Assembly: GCA_963678065.2 (NCBI GenBank)
Contig: CAXXVZ010000003.1
Location: forward strand, 2,080,001-2,144,000
Origin: Treponemataceae bacterium
GTDB taxonomy: Bacteria > Spirochaetota > Spirochaetia > Treponematales > Rectinemataceae
Length of the DNA stretch: 64,000 nucleotides
Reading direction: 5' to 3'
Positions 54,965 to 64,000 of the stretch are shown here, piece after piece (the first letter of the stretch is position 1; every line of letters starts with the position of its first letter). The notes below the pieces were generated by a model. The model did no database searches. It was not told the DNA's origin and was given only the letters and a program-made list of their open reading frames with translations. The position numbers and the translations under genes are program-made.

Positions 54965-56470
54965 GTGAAGAAAAGCCTCTTTCTGTTATATGTTTTCATC
55001 GCCTCCTTCGGCGCTGGTCTGTATGCCCAATCAGAAGCCTCCCTGCCAGAATTTTCTCCTCCCGAATGGAAGTATGGAATGATAGGACAAGGCGATATCG
55101 TGAAGACAAAGGTCGTAGCAACCAACCGGGCTGCCCTGTCGGTGAAATTGACCTTCGTGCCCACTTGTACCTGTTTGACTGTTTCGCCCGAGACACAGAC
55201 AATTGCGCCGGGAGGTTCGGCGACATTCGCCCTGAGCTTCGACTCGAAGGACTATGAGGGAAAAACACAACGCGCATATATCGTAAAAACCGACGTCTCC
55301 GGCGCGAAGCCCCTTTATTATCTCTTGAGCGGCGTAGTGCGCGTAGACAGACCGGCGAGCAACGAAACTCCCCTATCAGACAACGCTGGAGTGAGACCGG
55401 CGAGCACGAATTCGATCGTGGCACAATATTATTATACGCTTGGCTGCCATTCCTGTGAGGATTTTCTCTCCGTCGAGATTCCGAATTTCGAGGCGCGGTA
55501 CGGAATCCGCATATCGCTTGATCGACGCGATCTTTTGGACCCGTCGGTCTACGAAGAGCTCGCTGCCTTCGCCTCGTCCAGAGGAGTCCCGATAAAAGCC
55601 ATACCTGTGCTTCGGATCGGAAATGAGCTCCTACAAGGAGAAGAGGAGATTCGCGATCGTCTGCCAGGCCTGCTTTTGTCGCGAAACACTAAGGCAGCTT
55701 CCGAGGTCTCAGGCGGCACATCCGCCCTCACCGAGACCTCAGCCTCGGCGCAGGGAATTTCAGCGAGCTTGGCCGCTCTTCCCGTAATGGCTGCTGGTCT
55801 CATCGATGGCGTCAATCCCTGCGCTTTTACAACCCTCGTCTTTCTTCTTGCATCTCTCGCCCTCGCAGGGAAGGGCCGACATGAGATCCTCATCATTGGC
55901 GCCCTCTTTTCGTTAGGCGTCTTTTTGACCTACATGGGCATAGGATTCGGCCTTTTCGCTGCGCTGCGGGCAGCAGGCGCTGTCGCTCTCGTATCGACTA
56001 TCATACGTTGGGTACTTGTCACGGCCCTTGTCATGTTGGCAGCCTTGAGTGTCTACGATTATACACGAATAAAGGCAGGCAAAGCCTCCGAGATTCTGCT
56101 CCAGCTCCCGAACTCACTGAAACTCAAGATCCACGCGTCGATCCGTACCAGGGTCAGAACGGCCGCCCTCGCTGGTTCCTCCTTCGTCTTAGGTTTCTTC
56201 GTGTCGATATTTGAGTTCGCCTGTACGGGACAGGTTTATCTGCCGACTCTCGCATACCTCGCGCGAACGAAGGGAAAATCCAATTCTGTTCTCCTCCTCG
56301 TTCTATACAACCTATGCTTCATCGCACCACTCCTCGCCGTATTTGCGGCGAGTTATCTCGGGGTAAGTTCGAAGAGGATAGGAGCGGTTTTCCAGAAGCG
56401 CATGGGAGCGGTTAAGCTGGGTCTGGCCATCGTGTTTCTCGGTCTCGCTGCGCTGACACTGTTCAGTTAA
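54965..56470 (+). CDS. DUF1573 Ig-like + thioredoxin-like + CcdA/DsbD-type membrane protein
   Basis: GTG start with signal peptide; PTCTC, CHSC, DGVNPCAF and EFACTGQVY motifs. Confidence 0.78.
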   Translation: MKKSLFLLYVFIASFGAGLYAQSEASLPEFSPPEWKYGMIGQGDIVKTKVVATNRAALSVKLTFVPTCTCLTVSPETQTIAPGGSATFALSFDSKDYEGKTQRAYIVKTDVSGAKPLYYLLSGVVRVDRPASNETPLSDNAGVRPASTNSIVAQYYYTLGCHSCEDFLSVEIPNFEARYGIRISLDRRDLLDPSVYEELAAFASSRGVPIKAIPVLRIGNELLQGEEEIRDRLPGLLLSRNTKAASEVSGGTSALTETSASAQGISASLAALPVMAAGLIDGVNPCAFTTLVFLLASLALAGKGRHEILIIGALFSLGVFLTYMGIGFGLFAALRAAGAVALVSTIIRWVLVTALVMLAALSVYDYTRIKAGKASEILLQLPNSLKLKIHASIRTRVRTAALAGSSFVLGFFVSIFEFACTGQVYLPTLAYLARTKGKSNSVLLLVLYNLCFIAPLLAVFAASYLGVSSKRIGAVFQKRMGAVKLGLAIVFLGLAALTLFS

Positions 56471-56534
56471 TTCAGGCGCTCAGCCGTTCCGGGGAAACTT
56501 CGAGACACGCTTTTTGCACAGTCGGACTGGTGTG

Positions 56535-56572
56535 AAAAAAAGGGCCGCAAGATTTCCCTTGCGGCCCTTTTT
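56535..56572. terminator. Bidirectional intrinsic terminator ending the spc/alpha operon
   Basis: AAAAAAAGGGCCGCAAG-ATTTCC-CTTGCGGCCCTTTTT. Confidence 0.92.
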
Positions 56573-56627
56573 GCGCTGACGCTTTCGTGGCATCAGGCAG
56601 AAGATATTCCGGATGACGCCTGGCAGA

Positions 56628-56798
56628 CTATTTTGCGTTGGCGAGTGTGGCTTTGCAGACCTTGCAGATCTTGGTCTTTTTGCCTTCTACTTCCTGTTCG
56701 TACAGGACCTTGACGCCTTCCCTCTTGCAGACCGGGCAGGTAGCGCGACCGGAAGCGGGGGTCTGCCTGAGGCCTTTCCCACGATGGGCTTTAGACAT
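56628..56798 (-). CDS. 56-aa basic zinc-ribbon-like protein, last gene of the alpha operon
   Basis: MSKAHRGKGLRQTPASGRATCPVCKREGVKVLYEQEVEGKKTKICKVCKATLANAK; AGGAG SD 7 nt upstream. Confidence 0.85.
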   Translation of the reverse strand: MSKAHRGKGLRQTPASGRATCPVCKREGVKVLYEQEVEGKKTKICKVCKATLANAK

Positions 56799-56820
56799 GC
56801 TGGTACTCCTCGAGGCCCGA

Positions 56821-57255
56821 TTACTCGGCCTTGTTCGTGGCCGCTTTGGCCTTTTTCTCAGTCTTTCGCTTTTCGCGATCGGCTTTCTTGTCGTCTTCCT
56901 TGCGGTCCACGAGCTCGAGGATCACCATGTCGGCTGCATCGTGCTTGCGGAATCCCACTCTGAGGATGCGAGTGTAGCCACCGTTGCGCTCCTTGAAGCG
57001 CGGGCCGATATCCGTAAACAGCTTGGCAAGGATGGCTTCATCCTGGATTTTTTTCGCGGCAATGCGGCGGTTGTGGACGGAATCCTCTTTTGCCCTCGTG
57101 ATCATCTTTTCCGCGGCTCTCCGGGCTTCGATAGCCTTGGCTCTCGTGGTGACGATCCGCTCGTGTTTAAAGAGCACAGTCATCATGTTCCGGATGAGGG
57201 CCTTCCTGTGGGCCGGTACCCGGTTCAGCTTGTTAAACCCGATCTTATGCTTCAT
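56821..57255 (-). CDS. rplQ: 50S ribosomal protein L17
   Basis: HRKAL, I.TT..KA, R.GGYTRI, D.A.M..LELV. Confidence 0.97.
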   Translation of the reverse strand: MKHKIGFNKLNRVPAHRKALIRNMMTVLFKHERIVTTRAKAIEARRAAEKMITRAKEDSVHNRRIAAKKIQDEAILAKLFTDIGPRFKERNGGYTRILRVGFRKHDAADMVILELVDRKEDDKKADREKRKTEKKAKAATNKAE

Positions 57256-58300
57256 CGGTCTCTTCCTTCTTCATCGAGAGTTTCAGATAACTTCTGAGGG
57301 CCGAATAATCCGTCATGCCGAGACCGAGGTTCCACTCGTTGAGTTTGTCCTTGATCTCCTGGAGGGACTTCTTGCCAAAATTGCGTGTCTTGGCGATATC
57401 GTCCTCTGTCTTTCTGGTAAGATCGCCGATGGACTTGATGTTGGCGTTCTTGAGGCAGTTCGAGGACCTCACCGAGAGTTCCAACTCCTCCACCGGAGTA
57501 TTCAGGATCTGTCTGACGCGCTCTTCGATCTCATCGTTCTGATCGTCGCCACCGAGCTCGCCTTCGTCGAAGTTGACGAAGATAGCAAAATGATCTTTTG
57601 CTATCTTGGCGGCCTCCGCGAGAGCATCTTCCGGCTTGACCGACCCATCAGTCCAGATTTCGAGCACGAGTTTGTCGTAATCGGAACGCTGTCCGACCCG
57701 GGTGGGCTCGACGCTGTACTTCACTTTCTTGACAGGCGAAAAGATCGAGTCCATGGGAATGGTTCCCACGATCTCGATATACTTCTCGTTGACTTCGGAC
57801 GGCACATAGCCGCGTCCCAGATCCACCTGTATTTCGATATCCAGATGGGCTTCTTTCATGAGTGAAGCTATCTTGATGCCGGGGTTGAGTACGTCAAGAT
57901 TCTTGTCTTTTCCAAAGAACTCGCCCGTGAGCGTCTCCATCCCCTTTATTTCATAAAGGAAAGTGGCCTGTTCTTCGTCGTTCGGAAGGCGAATCCTGAG
58001 CTGTTTGAGATTGTTGATAACTTCGATCGTGTCTTCGACGACTCCCGGAATCGTCTCGAACTCGCTCGTAACAACATGCTGCGCGCCCTCCGCATCGTAG
58101 CGAACTATCCGGACTGCCGAAATAGCGTAGCCCTGGATCGAAGAGAGGAGGATGCGGCGCAGCGTATTGCCTACGGTGGTACCGTAGCCGGGCTCGAAGG
58201 GATATGCGAGGAACTTGCCGTAGTCGGGTCCCGACTCGCTCTGCTCGTACGTTATGCCTTTCGGCCTCTTAAAACCCTTCAGTAGGTTCTTCCGCGCCAT
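57245..58300 (-). CDS. rpoA: RNA polymerase alpha subunit
   Basis: [41 protein letters not shown]. Confidence 0.97.
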   Translation of the reverse strand: MARKNLLKGFKRPKGITYEQSESGPDYGKFLAYPFEPGYGTTVGNTLRRILLSSIQGYAISAVRIVRYDAEGAQHVVTSEFETIPGVVEDTIEVINNLKQLRIRLPNDEEQATFLYEIKGMETLTGEFFGKDKNLDVLNPGIKIASLMKEAHLDIEIQVDLGRGYVPSEVNEKYIEIVGTIPMDSIFSPVKKVKYSVEPTRVGQRSDYDKLVLEIWTDGSVKPEDALAEAAKIAKDHFAIFVNFDEGELGGDDQNDEIEERVRQILNTPVEELELSVRSSNCLKNANIKSIGDLTRKTEDDIAKTRNFGKKSLQEIKDKLNEWNLGLGMTDYSALRSYLKLSMKKEETDEA

Positions 58301-58309
58301 CACGGCTCC

Positions 58310-58945
58310 TTATTTCGAATAGAGCTCAACTACGAGCTGCTCGCGGATATCCGCCATATCGGTGATGTCCTGGCGATGCGGATACGCACAGAGTTTTCCG
58401 GTCATATTGTCGACGTCTACCTCAAGCCAGGGCATAACACCGGAACGTCCGACTTCCTGGAGAGCATCTTTGATGAGGTCCATCTTCTTCCCGGAGGCGA
58501 GGATACCGAGCTTGTCTCCTTCCTTGACGGAATAGGAGGGGATGTTCACGCGTTTTCCATTGACCGCGACATGTCCATGCAGGACAAGCTGCCTGGCCTG
58601 AGCCCTGGAGGAAGCGAAGCGGAGTCTGTACACCACGGTATCGAGCCTGCGCTCGAGAAGAATGAACAGATTTTCGCCGGTTTTGCCTGGCATGCGGAGG
58701 GCTTTCTGGAAGGTATTGCGGAACTGAGCCTCCATAAGGCCATAAGACCGCTTCAGCTGTTGCTTCTCGCGCAGCTGCACGGCGTAGTCCGATTTCTTTC
58801 CGAGACGCGCCTTCGGGGCCTTCCCCGGCGGGAGGGCTTTCTTGTTGATGGGGCACTTGTCGCTCTTGCAGCGAGCACCCTTGAGAAACAATTTCTTCTG
58901 CTCGGTGCGGCAAAGCCTGCACACGGGTCCAGTATAACGGGCCAT
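58310..58945 (-). CDS. rpsD: 30S ribosomal protein S4 (Cys-containing N-terminus)
   Basis: MARYTGPVCRLCR, QLREKQ, LERRLD, ARQLV.HGH. Confidence 0.97.
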   Translation of the reverse strand: MARYTGPVCRLCRTEQKKLFLKGARCKSDKCPINKKALPPGKAPKARLGKKSDYAVQLREKQQLKRSYGLMEAQFRNTFQKALRMPGKTGENLFILLERRLDTVVYRLRFASSRAQARQLVLHGHVAVNGKRVNIPSYSVKEGDKLGILASGKKMDLIKDALQEVGRSGVMPWLEVDVDNMTGKLCAYPHRQDITDMADIREQLVVELYSK

Positions 58946-58962
58946 TCTCTATACCCCCTGAC

Positions 58963-59343
58963 TCAGATACGACGGGCTTTGCGGGGCCGGCACCCGTTGT
59001 GGGGAATGGGCGTGACGTCGTTGATCGTCTTGACTTTGAGACCGAGGGCGCCGAGCTGCCTGATGGCAGACTCGCGACCGATTCCAGGTCCCTTGACATA
59101 GACGTGGACTTCACGAAGACCCACAGTGAGCGCTTTCTGAACCGCGGTTTCAGCTACGGTTTGCGCGGCGAAGGGGGTGGACTTCTTTGCGCCGCGGAAT
59201 CCATGTCCGCCCGAGCTCGACCACGATATCGCGTTGCCCTTCAGATCCGTAATGGTGATGATGGTATTGTTGAAGGTCGCCTGGATGTAGACGTTGCCTT
59301 CATATACACTCTTTTTCTCTTTCTTCTTCTTTGCGACTGCCAC
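58963..59343 (-). CDS. rpsK: 30S ribosomal protein S11
   Basis: [26 protein letters not shown]. Confidence 0.97.
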   Translation of the reverse strand: MAVAKKKKEKKSVYEGNVYIQATFNNTIITITDLKGNAISWSSSGGHGFRGAKKSTPFAAQTVAETAVQKALTVGLREVHVYVKGPGIGRESAIRQLGALGLKVKTINDVTPIPHNGCRPRKARRI

Positions 59344-59358
59344 TTTACGCCCCTTTGG

Positions 59359-59730
59359 TTACACGGCCTTCTTCTTGTTGGCCACGGTCTTTCTCTTACC
59401 CTTACGGGTGCGGGCGTTGGTCCTGGTCCGCTGACCATTGACCGGCAGGCCCCTGCGATGCCTCAAGCCCCTGTAACAACCGATGTCCATGAGGCGCTTG
59501 ATGTTGAGCGCCGTGAGCGAGCGAAGCCGACCCTCAACCATGTAATCGCTCTCGATCACCTTGCGGAGTTCGTTGACTTCCTCGTTCGAAAGATCATTGA
59601 TCTTTTTCGCGGGGTCAATCTTTGTGGTCTCGCAGATCTTGCGGGCGCTGGTCCTTCCGAGCCCGAAGATGTATGTCAATGCGATTTCCACGTGCTTGTT
59701 CGGGAGGTCTACTCCCGCTATACGTGCCAT
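59359..59730 (-). CDS. rpsM: 30S ribosomal protein S13
   Basis: [29 protein letters not shown]. Confidence 0.97.
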   Translation of the reverse strand: MARIAGVDLPNKHVEIALTYIFGLGRTSARKICETTKIDPAKKINDLSNEEVNELRKVIESDYMVEGRLRSLTALNIKRLMDIGCYRGLRHRRGLPVNGQRTRTNARTRKGKRKTVANKKKAV

Positions 59731-59746
59731 GAGCTACCTCCTCCCC

Positions 59747-59860
59747 TCAGCCTTGCTTCTGCTTGTGCTTGGGGTTTTCGCAGATGATGCGGACGATACC
59801 GTCGCGCTTTATCACCTTGCACTTGTCGCATATCTTCTTGACGCTAGTCCTAACTTTCAT
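59747..59860 (-). CDS. rpmJ: 50S ribosomal protein L36 (Zn-binding type)
   Basis: Manual translation [37 protein letters not shown]; below the ORF-track length cutoff. Confidence 0.97.
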   Translation of the reverse strand: MKVRTSVKKICDKCKVIKRDGIVRIICENPKHKQKQG

Positions 59861-59913
59861 GGGTTCCCCCTACGCGCGCATCGCGCCATTAAATACCATT
59901 TGGACGAAAGATT

Positions 59914-61236
59914 CTACAGGTTGCGGGATCGTATGTGCCCCTTGCGCACGAGGCCGTCATGATGGTGCATCTTGAGAAGCGCCTCAATCTGGGACATCGT
60001 GTCGAGGTCGACACCGACCAGGATCAGGAGCGAAGTACCTCCGAGGAGGTAGGCAAGCTGGCTCGGAAAATTGAACAGCTTCTGCACGAGACTCGGTATC
60101 AGCGCGATGAGCGCAAGGTACAGGGCTCCGGGCAATATGATCCTGTTCAGTATCCTCGTGAGGTGCTCTTCCATCTTGTCGCTTCGGATTCCCGGAATCG
60201 AACCGCCGTTTTCACGGATGTTCTTTGATATTTCCGCCGGATTCAACGAAACCTGCGTGTAAAAATAGGCGAAGAAGATGATGAAAGCGACATCCAGCGC
60301 GCTGTACCAGAAGCCCTGGGGTCTCAGCCAGTACGCGAAATCCCTGAGCCACTTCGCGTTTACGCCGAAACTCTGCGCGATCTGAAGCGGGAAAGTCAGA
60401 ATGCTCGAGGCGAAGATGACCGGGATAACTCCGGAAGGATTGATCTTGAACGGTATGTAGGTATTCTGGGCGCCGTACATCTTCCTGCCGACAACGCGTT
60501 TGGCGTAATTGACGGGAATCTTCCTCTGCCCCTGCTGTTCCATGACGACGAGGGCGACGACCGCCACGAACATCGCGATGACGACGATGGCATAGATGGC
60601 GTTGATTTCCCCATTCTGGATTTTCTTGATCAACTCATAGAAGGCATTGGGGAGCCTGGCTACTATTCCGGCAAAAATCAGAAGAGAGATTCCGTTTCCG
60701 ATCCCCCTCTTGGTGATCTGTTCGCCGATCCAGATCAGGAACATGGTGCCCGTCGTCACCGTAATTACGGCGACTATGGTATACATGAGCCTGGAGTTCA
60801 TCGCTATCGCGTTCGGGATCCTGTCGGCCCAGACAGTAACGGAGTAGGCCTGAATGATGCAGACTCCGATGGTGCCGAGCCTCGTCCAGCGGGCGATCTT
60901 CTTGCGACCGCCTTCCTCTTCCGCAACGCGCTTGAGCTTCGGGAAGACGATGAGCATGAGCTGCATGATGATCTGCATGCTGATATAGGGCATGACGCCC
61001 ATCATGAAGAGGGAGAAGTTCTTGAACGCGCCGCCGGCGAAGAAATCGAGATAGTCGGTAATCCCGCCAGAGCCGCCTGCCTGGCTGGCAAAATAGGACT
61101 GCAGCGCGCTCGCATTGATTCCCGGAATGGGAAGGAAAGCGCCGAGTCTGAATACTCCCAGCCAGAAAAGCGTGAACAGAATCCTTTCCCGGAGTTCCTT
61201 GATGCGGAAGATATCGGAAAGCGGATTGCCAGCCAT
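59914..61236 (-). CDS. secY: Preprotein translocase SecY
   Basis: GVMPYI, GIGNGISLLIF, GVIPVIFA, IPGIR, GGTSLLI.V. Confidence 0.97.
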   Translation of the reverse strand: MAGNPLSDIFRIKELRERILFTLFWLGVFRLGAFLPIPGINASALQSYFASQAGGSGGITDYLDFFAGGAFKNFSLFMMGVMPYISMQIIMQLMLIVFPKLKRVAEEEGGRKKIARWTRLGTIGVCIIQAYSVTVWADRIPNAIAMNSRLMYTIVAVITVTTGTMFLIWIGEQITKRGIGNGISLLIFAGIVARLPNAFYELIKKIQNGEINAIYAIVVIAMFVAVVALVVMEQQGQRKIPVNYAKRVVGRKMYGAQNTYIPFKINPSGVIPVIFASSILTFPLQIAQSFGVNAKWLRDFAYWLRPQGFWYSALDVAFIIFFAYFYTQVSLNPAEISKNIRENGGSIPGIRSDKMEEHLTRILNRIILPGALYLALIALIPSLVQKLFNFPSQLAYLLGGTSLLILVGVDLDTMSQIEALLKMHHHDGLVRKGHIRSRNL

Positions 61237-61260
61237 GCTAAGCCTACCTTACGTTGCACA

Positions 61261-61719
61261 TCAGACGTTGACGTCGGAGGGTGTCTCCACCTTTCCGCCA
61301 GCATTCTCGATCTTGGCCTTCGCCGGAGCCGACACCTTATCAACCTGGAAGGTAAGGCCCACCGACAACTCGCCGTTGCCGAGAATCTTGATGAGTCCGG
61401 AAGCTTTTTTTACCAGCCCCTTCACGAGAAGAGAGGCCCCATCGACGATCTCTCCGGCTTCATAGCGGCCATCGATGTCGCAGAGGTTAACGACCTGCCA
61501 GTCTTTCTTGAAGATGTTGGTGAATCCGCGGTGGGGCAGGCGTCTGTAGAGAGGCATCTGTCCACCCTCGAATCCAGGGTAAGTCTTTCCGCCGGAGCGG
61601 GACTGCTGGCCTTTATTGCCCTTGCCGGCCGTGGTTCCGAGTCCGGAACCCTGACCACGCCCCACTATCCGTTTGCGCTTGTTGGCTCCCTCGGGAGCAT
61701 GGAGCATGTAATCGGACAT
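61261..61719 (-). CDS. rplO: 50S ribosomal protein L15
   Basis: GRG.GSG.G.TAGKG.KGQ.SR, FEGGQMPL.RRLP; TAATG overlap with rpmD. Confidence 0.97.
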   Translation of the reverse strand: MSDYMLHAPEGANKRKRIVGRGQGSGLGTTAGKGNKGQQSRSGGKTYPGFEGGQMPLYRRLPHRGFTNIFKKDWQVVNLCDIDGRYEAGEIVDGASLLVKGLVKKASGLIKILGNGELSVGLTFQVDKVSAPAKAKIENAGGKVETPSDVNV

Positions 61720-61904
61720 TAGTCGATCTCCTTGCATGAGACGAGGTGCTGGACCCTGGCCACCATTCCGAGAATGGCGGGGTTGGCATCCTTGATCGTC
61801 TTGGAGCTGATCTTCCTGAGGCCGAGCGAACGCACGGTCGCCCGCATCTGGGGTTTCTGGTGGATCGTGCTCTTAACCAGTGTGATTTCAATTTTCTTTG
61901 CCAT
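61719..61904 (-). CDS. rpmD: 50S ribosomal protein L30
   Basis: ITLVKS.I, LGLRK, GM...V.HLV. Confidence 0.95.
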   Translation of the reverse strand: MAKKIEITLVKSTIHQKPQMRATVRSLGLRKISSKTIKDANPAILGMVARVQHLVSCKEID

Positions 61905-61907
61905 GAC

Positions 61908-62420
61908 TTAGCCCCACAGATCCTTCAGCGTCTTGCCGCGGTTTTTCGCGACAGCCTTGGCATCCATCAGCTTGCCCACTCCGTCGAATACGGCGCGGAC
62001 AATATTCATGGAGTTCCGGGATCCGACGCACTTGGAAAGGACATCGGTGACGCCGCCCGCTTCCATGATGGCGCGAACGGGGCCTCCGGCGATGATTCCG
62101 GATCCAGGACAAGCCGGTTTGATGAGCACTTTGGTAGCCTTGTATTCGCCGACGATTTCGTGCGGAACGGTACCAGCCTTTACGGGCATTTTGACCATCG
62201 CCCTCTTGGCTTTTTCAATGCTCTTCCTTATGGCTTCGGTGACGTCGTTCGCCTTACCGAAACCGAAGCCCACATTGCCGGAACGGTCGCCGACGACGGT
62301 CAGGGCGGAGAAGGAAAATCTCCGTCCACCCTTGACTACCTTAGCGGTCCTGTTCAGCTTGACGAGCTTCTCTACATTGTTGTCGCGCGATTGCGCGTCG
62401 TCTCTTCTATTCCTGTCCAC
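61908..62420 (-). CDS. rpsE: 30S ribosomal protein S5
   Basis: KVVKGGRRFSFSAL.VVGD, GIIAGG. Confidence 0.97.
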   Translation of the reverse strand: MDRNRRDDAQSRDNNVEKLVKLNRTAKVVKGGRRFSFSALTVVGDRSGNVGFGFGKANDVTEAIRKSIEKAKRAMVKMPVKAGTVPHEIVGEYKATKVLIKPACPGSGIIAGGPVRAIMEAGGVTDVLSKCVGSRNSMNIVRAVFDGVGKLMDAKAVAKNRGKTLKDLWG

Positions 62421-62432
62421 GAGGAGCTCCTC

Positions 62433-62798
62433 CTAGAATTGGATCCCGGCCTTGCGGGCGCCATCGGCTATTGCCTTGACGATGCCGTGATACTTGTATC
62501 CATTGCGGTCAAAGACCACGACGGAAACATTCTTTTCCTTGAGCCGCTTGCCGATCTCCTCGCCCAGTTTCGCTCCACCTTCAACAGTCCGCTTGATGTC
62601 CTTGAGCGCGGGCTCGAGGGTGCTGGCGGACACGATTGTGTTGCCGACGGAGTCGTCGATAACCTGGACGTAGAGATAGCGATTGGATTTGAAAACAGTC
62701 ATCCGCGGCTTCTCGGGAACTCCCTCGATATTCTTGCGGACGTGGATCTTCCGTTGCTCGCGTTTGCGAAGCTTATCGTTCAGTTCTTTAACGCTCAT
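62433..62798 (-). CDS. rplR: 50S ribosomal protein L18
   Basis: PR..VFKSN, VVFDRNGY.YHG. Confidence 0.97.
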   Translation of the reverse strand: MSVKELNDKLRKREQRKIHVRKNIEGVPEKPRMTVFKSNRYLYVQVIDDSVGNTIVSASTLEPALKDIKRTVEGGAKLGEEIGKRLKEKNVSVVVFDRNGYKYHGIVKAIADGARKAGIQF

Positions 62799-62808
62799 GC
62801 CTGCCGCC

Positions 62809-63351
62809 TCACTTCACACCGGTCTTGCCGACTTTCTTGCGGATCTTCTCGTCCTCGTACCTGATGCCCTTGCCCTTGTACGGTTCGGGAAGACGCAGAC
62901 CCCTGACTTCGCTGGCGAACTGTCCGACAAGCTGACGATCAAAACCGACGATAACAACCTTCTGGTTGTTCGCTTCGGTGGTCACAGTGAGCCCATCCGG
63001 AACGGCCACCACGAAATCGGTGGAATATCCGAGGCTCATGACAAGGAGCTTGCCTTGCACTTCGGCACGGTAGCCGACGCCGTTGATCACCAGGACTTTC
63101 TTGAAACCCTGGGAGACGCCTAACACCATGTTGTTGATCAGGTTACGATAGAGCCCATGGAAGGCCTTGGCCTGCTTGGTATCGTTCTTCCGGGTCACAA
63201 CGACGGTTCCGTCTTTGACGGCGATTTCGACTTCAGGAACGTAATCTTGGGACAACTTTCCCTTGGGCCCCTCGACGGTTACCTGGGTGGGATTCACAGT
63301 GACTTTCACACCCTGGGGAACCAGGACCGGCCGTATTCCGATTCTCGACAT
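62809..63351 (-). CDS. rplF: 50S ribosomal protein L6
   Basis: [27 protein letters not shown]. Confidence 0.97.
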   Translation of the reverse strand: MSRIGIRPVLVPQGVKVTVNPTQVTVEGPKGKLSQDYVPEVEIAVKDGTVVVTRKNDTKQAKAFHGLYRNLINNMVLGVSQGFKKVLVINGVGYRAEVQGKLLVMSLGYSTDFVVAVPDGLTVTTEANNQKVVIVGFDRQLVGQFASEVRGLRLPEPYKGKGIRYEDEKIRKKVGKTGVK

Positions 63352-63366
63352 GTATAGTACCCTCGG

Positions 63367-63765
63367 TTACCAAACGGTGCAGATAAGCTCGCCGCCGACT
63401 TTCTTCTCGACAGCCTTGCGTCCGGTCGTCACTCCCACAGAAGTGGAAACGATGAGGGCGCCATAGCCATTGAAGACGCGGGGAAGCTCTTTATACCCCG
63501 AATATACGCGGCGGCCGGGTTTGGAAACCTTGTCCACCCCGTGAAGGATGGGCTCGTTCGCTTCGTCGTATTTGAGGAATATGCGGATGACATTGGATCC
63601 CTCCGCCTGGATCTTCTTGAAGTTCTTGATAAAACCCTCAGTCTTGAGGATCTTGACAATTTCGAGCTTAAGCTTCGAGGTCGGAATATCGACCTTCTCA
63701 TGCCGTGCCGCGCTCGCGTTGCGGATTTTTGTCAGCATGTCCGCGATGGGATCGGAAACGCTCAT
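63367..63765 (-). CDS. rpsH: 30S ribosomal protein S8
   Basis: [27 protein letters not shown]. Confidence 0.97.
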   Translation of the reverse strand: MSVSDPIADMLTKIRNASAARHEKVDIPTSKLKLEIVKILKTEGFIKNFKKIQAEGSNVIRIFLKYDEANEPILHGVDKVSKPGRRVYSGYKELPRVFNGYGALIVSTSVGVTTGRKAVEKKVGGELICTVW

Positions 63766-63774
63766 CGCTACCTC

Positions 63775-63960
63775 CTACCAGCTCGACTTCGTCACGCCGG
63801 GAATCAGACCCTCGGAAGCAAGCTTCCGGAAGCAGATTCGGCACATATCGAACTTGCGTAAATACCCCCGCGCCCTGCCGCAAACCTTGCAGCGCCGGAC
63901 CGTGCGGGTCATGTATTTCGGCTTCTTCAAAGCCTTAAGAATCATCGCCTTGCGCGCCAT
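63775..63960 (-). CDS. rpsN: 30S ribosomal protein S14, zinc-binding (type Z)
   Basis: RCKVCGR...CRICFR...G.IPGV.KSSW, 61 aa. Confidence 0.97.
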   Translation of the reverse strand: MARKAMILKALKKPKYMTRTVRRCKVCGRARGYLRKFDMCRICFRKLASEGLIPGVTKSSW

Positions 63961-63971
63961 TTAAGCCTTCC

Positions 63972-64000
63972 TTACTTCCTGAAGGGCATGCCCATCTTGG
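63972..64000 (-). CDS. rplE: 50S ribosomal protein L5, C-terminal fragment
   Basis: ...KMGMPFRK* at the expected operon position. Confidence 0.85.

Overview
Bacterial chromosomal window, most likely from an anaerobic free-living spirochaete. This is inferred from the secY-rpmJ-rpsM order lacking adk/map/infA, the RpoA sequence style and the gene content; it is not verified. Positions 1-~6060 are a visibly AT-rich surface-polysaccharide block: a WsaF-like GT4, a GT2-GT32 fusion, a methyltransferase with a coiled coil, and wzt/wzm. The rest is GC-rich core genome: a GT4, peptidases, NfnAB, a split GlmU-like pair, PFOR followed by a 42-bp tandem repeat, small metabolic genes, an EIIA-CBS protein with an ArsB/NhaD-type permease, corA, hutH / PPi-dependent PEPCK / hutI, an FGE-domain protein, a liv ABC operon and the distal spc/alpha ribosomal operon. 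No CRISPR array, tRNA, rRNA, transposase or prophage was seen. The best leads are all absent from the ORF track: (1) a 25-aa Pro-rich, mgtL-like leader ORF with an anti-SD and hairpin upstream of corA; (2) a 56-aa basic CxxC/CxxC protein between rplQ and the alpha-operon terminator, a candidate lineage-specific ribosomal protein; (3) a ~145-nt structured leader with its own promoter and mutually exclusive P1/terminator pairing ahead of the polysaccharide genes; (4) many apparently leaderless genes.
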